Below are positions 19,603 through 28,460 of a DNA stretch of 46,044 bases, one piece after another (position 1 is the stretch's first letter; the number at the start of each line of letters is the position of its first letter). The DNA is taken from positions 1 through 46,044 of IMG/VR virus record IMGVR_UViG_3300026512_000020; one strand, given 5' to 3'. Made by a program: the position numbers and the translations under genes. The notes below the pieces were generated by a model. It was given only the letters and a program-made list of their open reading frames with translations, made no database searches and was not told the DNA's origin. The DNA comes from a virus (lineage: Duplodnaviria > Caudoviricetes).

Positions 19603-19746
19603 TTATTCATAATATTTAAGCAATTCTTTTTGTAATACTAGTTTTGCTATTTGTCTATCTCTCTTATTTGTCTTGCGTTTTATTTTTCTCCGCACTTGAC
19701 TATATTTTGCTTCATATTTCCAAGATTTCCACTTATTTTTCTTCAT
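19603..19746 (-). CDS. Small very basic protein (47 aa, not in ORF track)
   Basis: GGAG RBS; MKKNKWKSWKYEAKYSQVRRKIKRKTNKRDRQIAKLVLQKELLKYYE. Confidence 0.6.
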   Translation of the reverse strand: MKKNKWKSWKYEAKYSQVRRKIKRKTNKRDRQIAKLVLQKELLKYYE

Positions 19747-19759
19747 TTTATAACTCCAA

Positions 19760-19787
19760 AATAAAAAATAAGGGGGCAAAAGCCCCC
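19760..19787 (-). terminator. Intrinsic terminator downstream of nrdD
   Basis: Minus strand GGGGGC-TTTT-GCCCCC (19772-19787) followed by TTATTTTTTAT. Confidence 0.85.
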
Positions 19788-19796
19788 AGATAAAAA

Positions 19797-21713
19797 CTAG
19801 CTTAAATCAAACCAAATTCTTTTATTAAATTCCCAATCTCTTCTATCTTTTTGCCAAGTTGAAACTTTGGTAAAAAAACCAACTACTCTTGTAAGCCAAT
19901 CTTTAATTTTTGCATTACAAATAGGGCATTTTTCAACTTTACCTATAATATAATGATTATTTTCACAAATAGAAAAAACTGGATTAAGAGCAAAATGTTC
20001 AATTCCAGCTTTTACTACCATTTTTATCATTTTTTCCACTTCTTCTGGCTTTAACTCATGCATTATATTAATATGTGAAATAGCTCCACCAGAACAGTAT
20101 TTAAAAAATTTACCTTCAATTTCTATTTTATCCAAAATAGAGTGTTCTACATATAAAGGAATAAATTGGTTAGCATATAAAACATAAGGGACATTTTCTT
20201 CTCCATAAAAAAGCTTATCTATTTTGGGTAATATAGCACAAGCCCCTTCTCCCGGTATCTGCTCAAGATTATACATAATTCCTTTACCATTTTTATTAAA
20301 ATCTTCTATAACTTTATCCATAGTTTGCATTACTTCAACAGCAAACTTATCTTTTATATTTAATCCTAGTGTTTCCATAGCTTCATATAACCCAACAAAA
20401 CCTATTGTAGAAAAGAAATGTTTATCTAAATCAAACCATTTTAAATTAAAAAACTTGTAGAAGCCTTGTTTAATTTTATCTCTTAATACTTCCCTAAAAG
20501 CATCAAGTATTTTCTTTGCTTCAAACATTCTTAGAAGTAAAAGTGAAATAAAATTGTTTTTTAGATTATCTTTATTTTCTTTACTACTTTTAATTTTTAC
20601 ATCAAGAGCAATTCTATTTAAATTTATAGTAACAATGTGGATACTACCTATGTTTATTCCTCCATTTCCAAAACTATCAAATTTTATATCTTTAACACTA
20701 CTCTGATACCTGCAACAAAAACTAAATCTTTCTACATTATCAGATACATAAATATTCATTTGTCCTTTTGTATTATATTTACAAACAATTTTCAAAAATT
20801 CTTTATCCCTAATATTACCTTTTTTGTCTTTTGTTAAATTTACAGTTTGAACTGGAAAGCGATAAAGAGAACCAGTTTTTGGGTCTCCTTTGCTTAGAAA
20901 TTCCATAACTATTTCTTGCACTTTCATTACCTTTTCAATAAATGTCTCTTTATCCCACCCATTCTCCGATAGCATCCAACTATACACATATTCCATTATT
21001 TCATCAAGACAATATCTATCAAAATAAGAAATATTAGTAAATGGAGATTGAAATGCAGCTCTTAACTCTCTATTAAGAGTATGAACAAGATTTTGAAAAT
21101 CATCAATTACTTCTTTCTTATTTATCTCTTTTTCAATTCCATAATATTTACAGTAAATATATGTATAAAGTATAATCAAGCAGGGCAGTCCAATAGCCCC
21201 TGCCCACTCATGGCTCAACTCTATCACTACTTCCTTTACTTGATTAATAAAAGTTCTAGGCTTTTTAGGTGGTAAAGAGTGCAAATATCCCCAATTTATT
21301 CCATCAAATAACAATTTACTTAAATCTACTCCTAAACAGTAACAAGATAAATGAGCTGAATCGTGAAGATAAAAAATACCATTAAATAAATTTCTTGCTA
21401 AAAATTTAGCTACTTCAATTCCATACATTTCTACCATTTTATCAAAAAGAGTTTTAAAAACAATATATTTCATAAAAGGAATTCCCAATTCTGCTTTAAA
21501 TCTTGCAATACTCTTCCCCTCAACATTTGCAGTTGGGTCTGAAGAAATATCTTGAATAAACTGTGTCTGAAAATACTTATTTAAGAAATTTTCAATATTA
21601 AATTTTTCTGGAGCTATTCCTAAATAAGCTAAAGCTTGTGGATAATTTTCAAGAGCATACTGATAAACTTGCTTGAAAAAAAGAGAATTAATGTCTATTG
21701 CATTAAACTGCAT
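19797..21713 (-). CDS. nrdD: Anaerobic (class III) ribonucleoside-triphosphate reductase
   Basis: YLHD..CYC, QSPFTN, FCCRY finger loop, CENNH..CPIC Zn site, TRVVGF glycyl-radical motif. Start moved to ATG 21713 (GGGGG RBS). Confidence 0.93.
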   Translation of the reverse strand: MQFNAIDINSLFFKQVYQYALENYPQALAYLGIAPEKFNIENFLNKYFQTQFIQDISSDPTANVEGKSIARFKAELGIPFMKYIVFKTLFDKMVEMYGIEVAKFLARNLFNGIFYLHDSAHLSCYCLGVDLSKLLFDGINWGYLHSLPPKKPRTFINQVKEVVIELSHEWAGAIGLPCLIILYTYIYCKYYGIEKEINKKEVIDDFQNLVHTLNRELRAAFQSPFTNISYFDRYCLDEIMEYVYSWMLSENGWDKETFIEKVMKVQEIVMEFLSKGDPKTGSLYRFPVQTVNLTKDKKGNIRDKEFLKIVCKYNTKGQMNIYVSDNVERFSFCCRYQSSVKDIKFDSFGNGGINIGSIHIVTINLNRIALDVKIKSSKENKDNLKNNFISLLLLRMFEAKKILDAFREVLRDKIKQGFYKFFNLKWFDLDKHFFSTIGFVGLYEAMETLGLNIKDKFAVEVMQTMDKVIEDFNKNGKGIMYNLEQIPGEGACAILPKIDKLFYGEENVPYVLYANQFIPLYVEHSILDKIEIEGKFFKYCSGGAISHINIMHELKPEEVEKMIKMVVKAGIEHFALNPVFSICENNHYIIGKVEKCPICNAKIKDWLTRVVGFFTKVSTWQKDRRDWEFNKRIWFDLS

Positions 21714-21746
21714 AACCAAACCCCCTTTTTTTAAATTTGTTTTTTA

Positions 21747-22244
21747 TTAACTTAAAAATTGACTGGTAATATCAATCCAGCTATTATTGACTTTTTGCCA
21801 AACTCTTTGATTTGCTGAAGCTGGAAAGGTATTTGTTTTCAAATCTTCTCTATATTCTCCATCAATTACAAAATCTATAAAGTAAAGCAACTCTTTATCT
21901 ATTTGTTCAAATAAATAACCAGTATATAAAACAATATCAATTTTTAAAATTTTTATTTTTGATAAAGCTCTCTTTAAAAATTCTGTATAAGATAATGGTT
22001 CACCACCTAATAAAACTAAACCTTCTATTTCTTCAAACTTTTTACATTTCATATAAATTTGTCTAAAAAATTGATTATAATCTACTTCTATACAATCTGG
22101 ATTATTGTAATTTTGTAATTCTGGATTATGACAACCTTTGCACCTTCTTGGACAACCACAAAAATAGGTAGAAATTGACAATTTTCTAAAAGGGTGGTCA
22201 ATAAAAGATAAATCAAGTCTGGGATATATTTTTGCAGTTTTCAT
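21747..22244 (-). CDS. nrdG: Class III RNR activating radical SAM enzyme
   Basis: GCPRRCKGCHNP, LLGGEP, YTGY, IDGEY, SANQR; adjacent to nrdD. Confidence 0.93.
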   Translation of the reverse strand: MKTAKIYPRLDLSFIDHPFRKLSISTYFCGCPRRCKGCHNPELQNYNNPDCIEVDYNQFFRQIYMKCKKFEEIEGLVLLGGEPLSYTEFLKRALSKIKILKIDIVLYTGYLFEQIDKELLYFIDFVIDGEYREDLKTNTFPASANQRVWQKVNNSWIDITSQFLS

Positions 22245-22276
22245 TGCTTGCTCCTTTAATTTGAATTTTGTTTGGG

Positions 22277-22846
22277 TTAAATTCTTATCTTATAATAATC
22301 AATTAAGTCTAAAATAAAATTTACTCTTTCTTGTAAATCAACCCTGTCCAAAGTATAAATTGCTACTGGGAAATATCTACAATTAAATAAAATTTGAAAT
22401 AATAAAGCATCAAGTAAATTTCTACAAAATTCACACTCATACCTAACCCCATCCTTTACAAAAGGTATTTCTTTTGTAAGTGGTATATAAACTATAACAG
22501 AATAACTTGAAATATGTTTATATATTCTATTATAAGAATCAATAAACTTATCTGGAAATTTGTAGTGTAAACCAAAATAATAAAAATAAGTTAAAATATC
22601 AATTACAGACCTATCAGTAATAAAATCTTTATAATTATTTTCAACTTCTATTTGCTTTTCAAGTAAATTCATTTGAAATTTTAACTGTTCTTCTGGAGAC
22701 AGTTCAAGTGGAGATTTCCCAAGTTTTTCAATTTCTTTTCTTGCAACTTCTTCAATAATTGGAATATCAGTCTTCTTTTTTAGTTCTTTTATTAAAGTTG
22801 ATTTTCCAGAAGAAGTTGCTCCAACAATAGCAATTTTTATACCCAT
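22277..22846 (-). CDS. NadR/AAA_28-type P-loop kinase (possible nucleotide kinase)
   Basis: IAIVGATSSGKSTL Walker A, EVAR, ITDRSVID, DGVR. Confidence 0.8.
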   Translation of the reverse strand: MGIKIAIVGATSSGKSTLIKELKKKTDIPIIEEVARKEIEKLGKSPLELSPEEQLKFQMNLLEKQIEVENNYKDFITDRSVIDILTYFYYFGLHYKFPDKFIDSYNRIYKHISSYSVIVYIPLTKEIPFVKDGVRYECEFCRNLLDALLFQILFNCRYFPVAIYTLDRVDLQERVNFILDLIDYYKIRI

Positions 22847-23076
22847 TACTTATCCCCCTTATTACTTTTCTTCTCAAAATACCAAATAATTCTATTAGGC
22901 TCTATTTTTTCAACTAGAATTACTTCTGATGGTTTTAGCTGTTTTTCAGCTAAATATGCTTTTGCAAAATCATTAAGAATTTCTACTCTTTTTTCAGCAA
23001 TTTCTTTCATTAAATCTTCAAATGGATTGAGAATATTTTCATTAATTTCACTACAAAAGAACTTGTTTTTTTCCAT
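22846..23076 (-). CDS. Hypothetical protein
   Basis: 76 aa, AGGAGG RBS, coupled to the kinase gene. Confidence 0.6.
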   Translation of the reverse strand: MEKNKFFCSEINENILNPFEDLMKEIAEKRVEILNDFAKAYLAEKQLKPSEVILVEKIEPNRIIWYFEKKSNKGDK

Positions 23077-23218
23077 TGCTTATCCCTCCTTTTCTTCATT
23101 TTCTTTTTTATTAATTTAGTATCAAATTTCTTCTAGTATAATAATCCAACTAAGTTTTTTCTTAACTAGTTTACCACATTACTTCCAACCACAGTCTTTG
23201 CAATATACATATATACTA

Positions 23219-23581
23219 TTACCTTCTTCTATTCTTTATATTAAATTTGTTTTCAAAAATAATAGTGTTTGTAATTATTCCACTTTTATTAATAACAAAG
23301 AATATTCCATTAGTGTTATCATTTACAAAAACATACAAATTTTTGGTTATATCTGAAATAAAACATTTACAATTTTCATATTTAAATTGTTTTAACTTTA
23401 AACTTGAAATTTTAAAGCCAATACTTTGTCTTAAATTAAATATGTAACTTTCAACAAAATCCTTTATATTTTTTACTTTATCTTTTGAAAATGAAAATTT
23501 CTTTGACTTTTCTTTTAAAAATGAAATTTTATTATCACAAGAAACAAATAATTTTAAGATTTTTTCTTGACAATTTGTCAT
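23219..23581 (-). CDS. Hypothetical protein, probably leaderless
   Basis: 120 aa; ATG 7 nt downstream of a -10 hexamer; no Shine-Dalgarno. Confidence 0.55.
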   Translation of the reverse strand: MTNCQEKILKLFVSCDNKISFLKEKSKKFSFSKDKVKNIKDFVESYIFNLRQSIGFKISSLKLKQFKYENCKCFISDITKNLYVFVNDNTNGIFFVINKSGIITNTIIFENKFNIKNRRR

Positions 23582-23588
23582 ACATAAT

Positions 23589-23616
23589 ATTTTACCACTA
23601 AATCAAAATTTGTCAA
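23589..23616 (-). promoter_or_regulatory. Sigma70-type promoter with extended -10
   Basis: TTGACA (23616-23611), 16-nt spacer ending TGG, TAAAAT (23594-23589). Confidence 0.7.
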
Positions 23617-23878
23617 TAAGATTATTTAACAAATTTGAATTTTTTGAAATTGTTTTTGTTCCAAATAAATAACTTTTTACTAGCATAAAAGCATCAATAT
23701 AACATAAAGCAATATACATATTAAAACTATCATTATTATCTTTTGCTTTTTTTAACTTTTTCTTCCAATTATCAATTAACCAGTCAAGTAACATTTTGAC
23801 ATTACTTTTGTCAAACTTAACAACTTTTACCTTTTTATCAGAAGTATTTTCAATTTCAAAAGGAAACATTTTAATCAT
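23603..23878 (-). CDS. Hypothetical protein
   Basis: 91 aa ORF in the co-oriented gene run. Confidence 0.55.
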   Translation of the reverse strand: MIKMFPFEIENTSDKKVKVVKFDKSNVKMLLDWLIDNWKKKLKKAKDNNDSFNMYIALCYIDAFMLVKSYLFGTKTISKNSNLLNNLIDKF

Positions 23879-23882
23879 TTTA

Positions 23883-24059
23883 TCAGTCCTTCTTTGATAT
23901 TAATAGAAATAATATTAAAAGAAAAAAAGCTCTTAACCAACAATTCCATTGTGATATGTCTGTATTCCAAGCAATAATAGACATTGTAGCATAAGAAAAT
24001 AAGCCAGCAATTATAGCTTCTAAAGTTTCTTTTAAAAATTCTTTAAAATTTTCTTTCAT
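23883..24059 (-). CDS. Small two-TM membrane protein (58 aa, not in ORF track)
   Basis: GGGGG RBS; MKENFKEFLKETLEAIIAGLFSYATMSIIAWNTDISQWNCWLRAFFLLILFLLISKKD. Confidence 0.6.
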   Translation of the reverse strand: MKENFKEFLKETLEAIIAGLFSYATMSIIAWNTDISQWNCWLRAFFLLILFLLISKKD

Positions 24060-24083
24060 TTTATCTTCCCCCTTCTCTTTCTT

Positions 24084-26747
24084 TTAATCTTTATACCAGC
24101 ATTTTCCAACAGTGAAATCAACTGGTAAAATAAGTTTTTTATATGGAAATGGTATTGGAAATTCCATACTTTCTTTTACTATTTCACAAACCTTATCAAC
24201 ATATTCCTTTTTAACTTCCAACAACACAGCATCATGTATTGTCAACAACATTTTTACATAATTTTCAAGACCATTTTCAATAAATTTCTTATTCATTCTA
24301 ATAACTGCAATAGCAAGTGTATCAGCAACAGAAGATTGTGGATAAAAATTTACAATTGAGCGTTCTATATGCCCATATTCTGGATTATATCTTCTTTTTC
24401 CAGTATTAGGATTAAAATAAAATTTTTTAACCCTTACAACTCTTCTACACCTTCCAAAAATATTACAATAAGTTACTTCTTCACCTTCACTAGCACTTTC
24501 ATACTTTTTAAGTAACATATCAATAAAATATCTCACTTCTGGTTTATCTTCAAACCATTTATCTATAAACTCTTGAGCCTTCTCAATTGGTATTTTAAGT
24601 GTTTGTGATAAACTATATGCAGACATTAAATAAGCTACTCCAAAATTTATTGATTTACTAATCTGTCTCTCCTCTTTTGTTACATCTTCTGGGTCTTTGT
24701 TAAATATCTTTGCTGCACACCAACGGTGAAAATCAACACCACTTTCAAACCCCTCAATCATACTCCTACAGTTTGCATACCAAGCAATAAATCTTAAATC
24801 AGCAGTAGAATAATCAGCAGACACAATTTCCCACCCTTCTCTTGCTACTATCATATTTCTATAAGTATTGTCTCTTGGTATTTGGTGAAATGCTGGTTCA
24901 GTAGTAGATAATCTTCCAGTTTCAGTTCCAGTTATATTTATTCTACAAGCAATTCTAATAATATCTTTATCTTCAGTTTCTATCCACCTATACTTATATT
25001 TATCAATTAACTTTACAAATTTAGTATAGTTTGTCATTAAATTTCTGTATTCAAGCAATTCTTTTGCCAGCTTAACACCACTTTCAGATAATTTTTTCAA
25101 AGCTTCTTCATTAAAAGATTGATTTCCCTTAGCTGTTTTTACTGGAGATTGTATTCCTAAACTATTAAAAACTTCTCCTATTTGTTTTGTAGAATTCCAA
25201 TTAATTTCTTTTCCAGCTATTGCATTAAGCTGATTTGCTTTCTCTTTTATTTGTTCTTGAACTTTCTTATCAAGTTCTTTTACATAGCTTAAAGAAAATG
25301 GCAATCCATTTAATTGCATTTGAAATAAAATTTTGTAATGTTCTATTGCAATCTTCTTTAACCAATCAAGTTGCCATACTGTATATAAAAAGTGAATATA
25401 TGGCTTCTTTAGTTTATAATAAGTTTTAATTCTTTCAACAATTTTTGTTCTTACTTTTCTTTGACTATTTGCAATAGCATTTATTCTCTTTTCAAAAAAT
25501 TGCCATAAGTAATAACAGACACAACAGTCATAAGCACAATATTTGTAAAGTTCTTCCCAATCAACATATTCATACCACTTTTTAGCTTTACCCCTAAATA
25601 TATCTTTTATTTCTTGATAGTAATTACCAAATGGAGTATATAAAATAGTTAATGTCTTCAAATCGTGTGGTGGATTTTCTCTTAATAAATGGTGATAAAC
25701 CATTGTATCAGCAACAACTTTATCCATTACATTTATGCCAAAATCATAATAAATAACAGAACAGTCAAAAATAATATTATGTCCTATTAAACCAATATTT
25801 GGACTTAATAATAATTGCTTAACTTTATCAACAACTTTTTCTTGCACACCTTCAACAAAATAGTTAACAATTCTTTTTCTGATATTATCATAATATCTTA
25901 ATGGAATAACATATCCTTTACTATCATTATAAGCAAGTCCTATACAAAAAATTCTATTATTTTTATAATCAAGCTGGTCTTTAGAAAAAGTTTCTAAATC
26001 TATTACAAGGTTAACTTTTTCTTTCTTTGTAATTAAACTATCTACAAACTTTTCAACTTTTTCATAACTGTCAAGAACTTCATATTCTATAGTCTTACTT
26101 GTTCCTTTTAAAAAGGTTGATAAATCTTTAGCAAATATTGGCTCATGATAGGGATTTCTTAGAATATGTGAAGGGTGATAAGTGCAACAAACTTTTACAA
26201 ACTTTCTATTTTTTAATACTGGACTTTCAATTTCTATTACAGTTCCCCTTTGAAAATTGTATTTTACTTTTCCAAGCAAAGCATATTGTAGCCCCTCAAA
26301 TGCTATTCTACCAAGACAAATTATCAGCTCTGGTTCAATTAAAGCAAGTTCTCTTCTTAAGATAGCAATAGAACAAGTCTTAGTATGAGATTTCTTAATT
26401 TCTTCTGTTCTTGCAAAACACTTAATAGCATTTGTAATATAAAAATCAGCTCTCTTATATCCTAAATCTTCAAGAACATTCCATAATTTTTTACCAGACT
26501 CACCTACAAAAGGTTTGTCTTCTCTGACTTCATTTTCTCCAGGGTTCTGTCCTAGTAGAACTATCTTTTTATCAATGCTTCCATAGGTTGACACACAAGG
26601 AGTTTCAGTCTTTTTAAAAAACTCATAACAAGGTAAATTTTCAAAATCACCATTTCCAAACTCATTTATAATTTTTAAATTATAAGTATCAAATGGATTA
26701 ATACAAGGACACAAATCTTTAACATTTATTTTTTTCTCCTCTGACAT
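24084..26747 (-). CDS. Family A DNA polymerase with N-terminal uracil-DNA glycosylase (family 4-like) and 3'-5' exonuclease domains
   Basis: UDG: GQNPG..E...PFVGESG, YITNAIKC, ICLG, YHPS. Exonuclease: IDLET, GHNIIFD, YCAYD. Polymerase: TGRLS, ADYS, K.INFG..Y, HD. Confidence 0.93.
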   Translation of the reverse strand: MSEEKKINVKDLCPCINPFDTYNLKIINEFGNGDFENLPCYEFFKKTETPCVSTYGSIDKKIVLLGQNPGENEVREDKPFVGESGKKLWNVLEDLGYKRADFYITNAIKCFARTEEIKKSHTKTCSIAILRRELALIEPELIICLGRIAFEGLQYALLGKVKYNFQRGTVIEIESPVLKNRKFVKVCCTYHPSHILRNPYHEPIFAKDLSTFLKGTSKTIEYEVLDSYEKVEKFVDSLITKKEKVNLVIDLETFSKDQLDYKNNRIFCIGLAYNDSKGYVIPLRYYDNIRKRIVNYFVEGVQEKVVDKVKQLLLSPNIGLIGHNIIFDCSVIYYDFGINVMDKVVADTMVYHHLLRENPPHDLKTLTILYTPFGNYYQEIKDIFRGKAKKWYEYVDWEELYKYCAYDCCVCYYLWQFFEKRINAIANSQRKVRTKIVERIKTYYKLKKPYIHFLYTVWQLDWLKKIAIEHYKILFQMQLNGLPFSLSYVKELDKKVQEQIKEKANQLNAIAGKEINWNSTKQIGEVFNSLGIQSPVKTAKGNQSFNEEALKKLSESGVKLAKELLEYRNLMTNYTKFVKLIDKYKYRWIETEDKDIIRIACRINITGTETGRLSTTEPAFHQIPRDNTYRNMIVAREGWEIVSADYSTADLRFIAWYANCRSMIEGFESGVDFHRWCAAKIFNKDPEDVTKEERQISKSINFGVAYLMSAYSLSQTLKIPIEKAQEFIDKWFEDKPEVRYFIDMLLKKYESASEGEEVTYCNIFGRCRRVVRVKKFYFNPNTGKRRYNPEYGHIERSIVNFYPQSSVADTLAIAVIRMNKKFIENGLENYVKMLLTIHDAVLLEVKKEYVDKVCEIVKESMEFPIPFPYKKLILPVDFTVGKCWYKD

Positions 26748-27224
26748 TTATTTCTCCTCCAAAAATTCTGTATTATCAAAAATATTACCTATAACTTCAA
26801 TATCATTATAGTAACACAATAAATTAGCAGTCCACCAAGAATTGTCAGAATTTTTACTTTTTTTGAAATAACTTTCATTTTTCAAAATTTCTGTAGTAAA
26901 CATAAAATTTTTCCAAACAACATAACCTATTACATAAACTCTTCTATAACAATTTTCCCAAGAAACTTTAACAATATCACCTTCATAAATATCTTTTCCA
27001 TTTTTATCTTTTATTCCTATAAACTGACAAATAGTTTTTGGATTAACTTGAATTATAACATCAGCATTTACATCAAGAAAAGTATCATCTACATAAATCT
27101 CTCCTTGTAAAATAAAATACAAACTATTACCTTTATCATCTTTCATATCTGATTTAATTAACTGACCATATACCCATTTTCCATCAGATTCTCTCTTTGC
27201 CCTATATTTAATTTCTCTATTCAT
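26748..27224 (-). CDS. YopX family protein
   Basis: REIKYRA, WVYG, QFIGIKDKNGKDIYEGDIV, EVIGNIFDN. Confidence 0.9.
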   Translation of the reverse strand: MNREIKYRAKRESDGKWVYGQLIKSDMKDDKGNSLYFILQGEIYVDDTFLDVNADVIIQVNPKTICQFIGIKDKNGKDIYEGDIVKVSWENCYRRVYVIGYVVWKNFMFTTEILKNESYFKKSKNSDNSWWTANLLCYYNDIEVIGNIFDNTEFLEEK

Positions 27225-28003
27225 TTTTTGGCCCCCTTTATTTCTAGAAATTTAAATTCTTTTTCATAATCATAAATACTTTTTGATGGTTGAAACTTGT
27301 AAGAAGATAATCCCAAAGATTTTAAATAATTTTCAGCTTTTTTAATTATGTTAACTTTTTCAGGAAAATATCTAAAAAGATTAAGTATTTCTTGTTTTCT
27401 GCTGAAGGGACAGCACCAACAAGAAACTCTATTGTTTATTTCATACAAAAATCTATAATCTTTTTCAAAAATTTTTTCTCTAAGAATAAAATTTAAACAA
27501 TCTTTTTCTGTAATTTTTTTATCTATTAAAGGAAATAAAAACTGTTCATTTTTTATTCCAGAATATTTTCTAATAAATTTATTTGCTCTATTTTTTTCAT
27601 CAAAAGTATAACCTATATAATTTACAAAAAACACATTTTTAAATGCTGACTTCCATTTTCTTATAGGTTCAATCTTTAAATTACCAGTGCACCATCTATT
27701 ATGATAACTTGGAAATGTATAGGGAAATTCTTTATATTTTCCTCTTTTTCTACGATATCTAAAAATATAATCAAAAAATAACAAATCATTTTGAAGTTTT
27801 ATAAATTGTATGTCATTTTTCTTACAAATTATTCTAATTACTTCTATATGTTTATAAATAGCTTCATATTCTACTCCTGTATCACAAAATATTACATAAT
27901 CAAGTGGAAGTTTATTTTCTAAAATATAAAAAAATAAAAAAGTGCTATCCTTACCACCAGAAAAATTTAAGATATAAAACTTTTGTTGTAATTTTCCAAA
28001 CAT
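27221..28003 (-). CDS. PAPS reductase family (PP-loop) protein
   Basis: FSGGKDST, CDTGVE, RWCTGNLKIEP, RVSCWCCP. Confidence 0.85.
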   Translation of the reverse strand: MFGKLQQKFYILNFSGGKDSTFLFFYILENKLPLDYVIFCDTGVEYEAIYKHIEVIRIICKKNDIQFIKLQNDLLFFDYIFRYRRKRGKYKEFPYTFPSYHNRWCTGNLKIEPIRKWKSAFKNVFFVNYIGYTFDEKNRANKFIRKYSGIKNEQFLFPLIDKKITEKDCLNFILREKIFEKDYRFLYEINNRVSCWCCPFSRKQEILNLFRYFPEKVNIIKKAENYLKSLGLSSYKFQPSKSIYDYEKEFKFLEIKGAKK

Positions 28004-28248
28004 TTTTTACTTCTCCAATTTTTGTTATAAAACTCACAATTCTTACAATCTCCTTTATTATGAATATAACCAAAAAATAAACCCCAACAACCCATAATAC
28101 CTTCCATAGCATTTGGACAATCACACCAATCTGGTTGTTTAACCATTTGCATAAACTCTTTAATTGTTAATTTCCTATCTTTTGTTTTTTCTTCTATAAA
28201 CCTTATTTGCTCTTCTCTACTCAATTTATGCCAATAAACTTTATCCAT
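27967..28248 (-). CDS. Hypothetical Cys-rich protein (93 aa)
   Basis: Likely start MDKVYW at 28248 after AGGAAG; the track's extension to 28329 runs into the IS end; QPDWC..P....GCW..C..C. Confidence 0.65.
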   Translation of the reverse strand: MDKVYWHKLSREEQIRFIEEKTKDRKLTIKEFMQMVKQPDWCDCPNAMEGIMGCWGLFFGYIHNKGDCKNCEFYNKNWRSKKCLENYNKSFIS

Positions 28249-28260
28249 TTTACACTTCCT

Positions 28261-28460
28261 GTGAACTACTCCGCCCTTACAGACGAAGCTTCTGGTAGGG
28301 GATTGTTTCCCCATCCAGAAGACCCGCAAGGGGATTCCTGCTTCAGCGAGGGATAGCTAGCACTCCCACAAGGGAGTGACCCGCCAGTGCCCTCTCCACA
28401 GGCGTAAGTTTGGGTCGCTCCGACCCTACCACCCGTAAGGTGGGTGAGACCTTTTTTGAG
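28261..28460 (-). ncRNA. Predicted TnpB omega/reRNA scaffold (5' boundary approximate)
   Basis: GC-rich, hairpin-forming 3' part of tnpB up to the right end; position follows the known TnpB reRNA architecture. Confidence 0.65.

Noticed and set aside
23077-23218. YCKDCGWK zinc-ribbon-like fragment on the minus strand
   Set aside because: Interrupted by stops and lacks a convincing start; cannot be supported as a gene.
28249-28329. N-terminal extension of track ORF 27967-28329
   Set aside because: It lies mostly inside the IS right end; the RBS-supported start is 28248.
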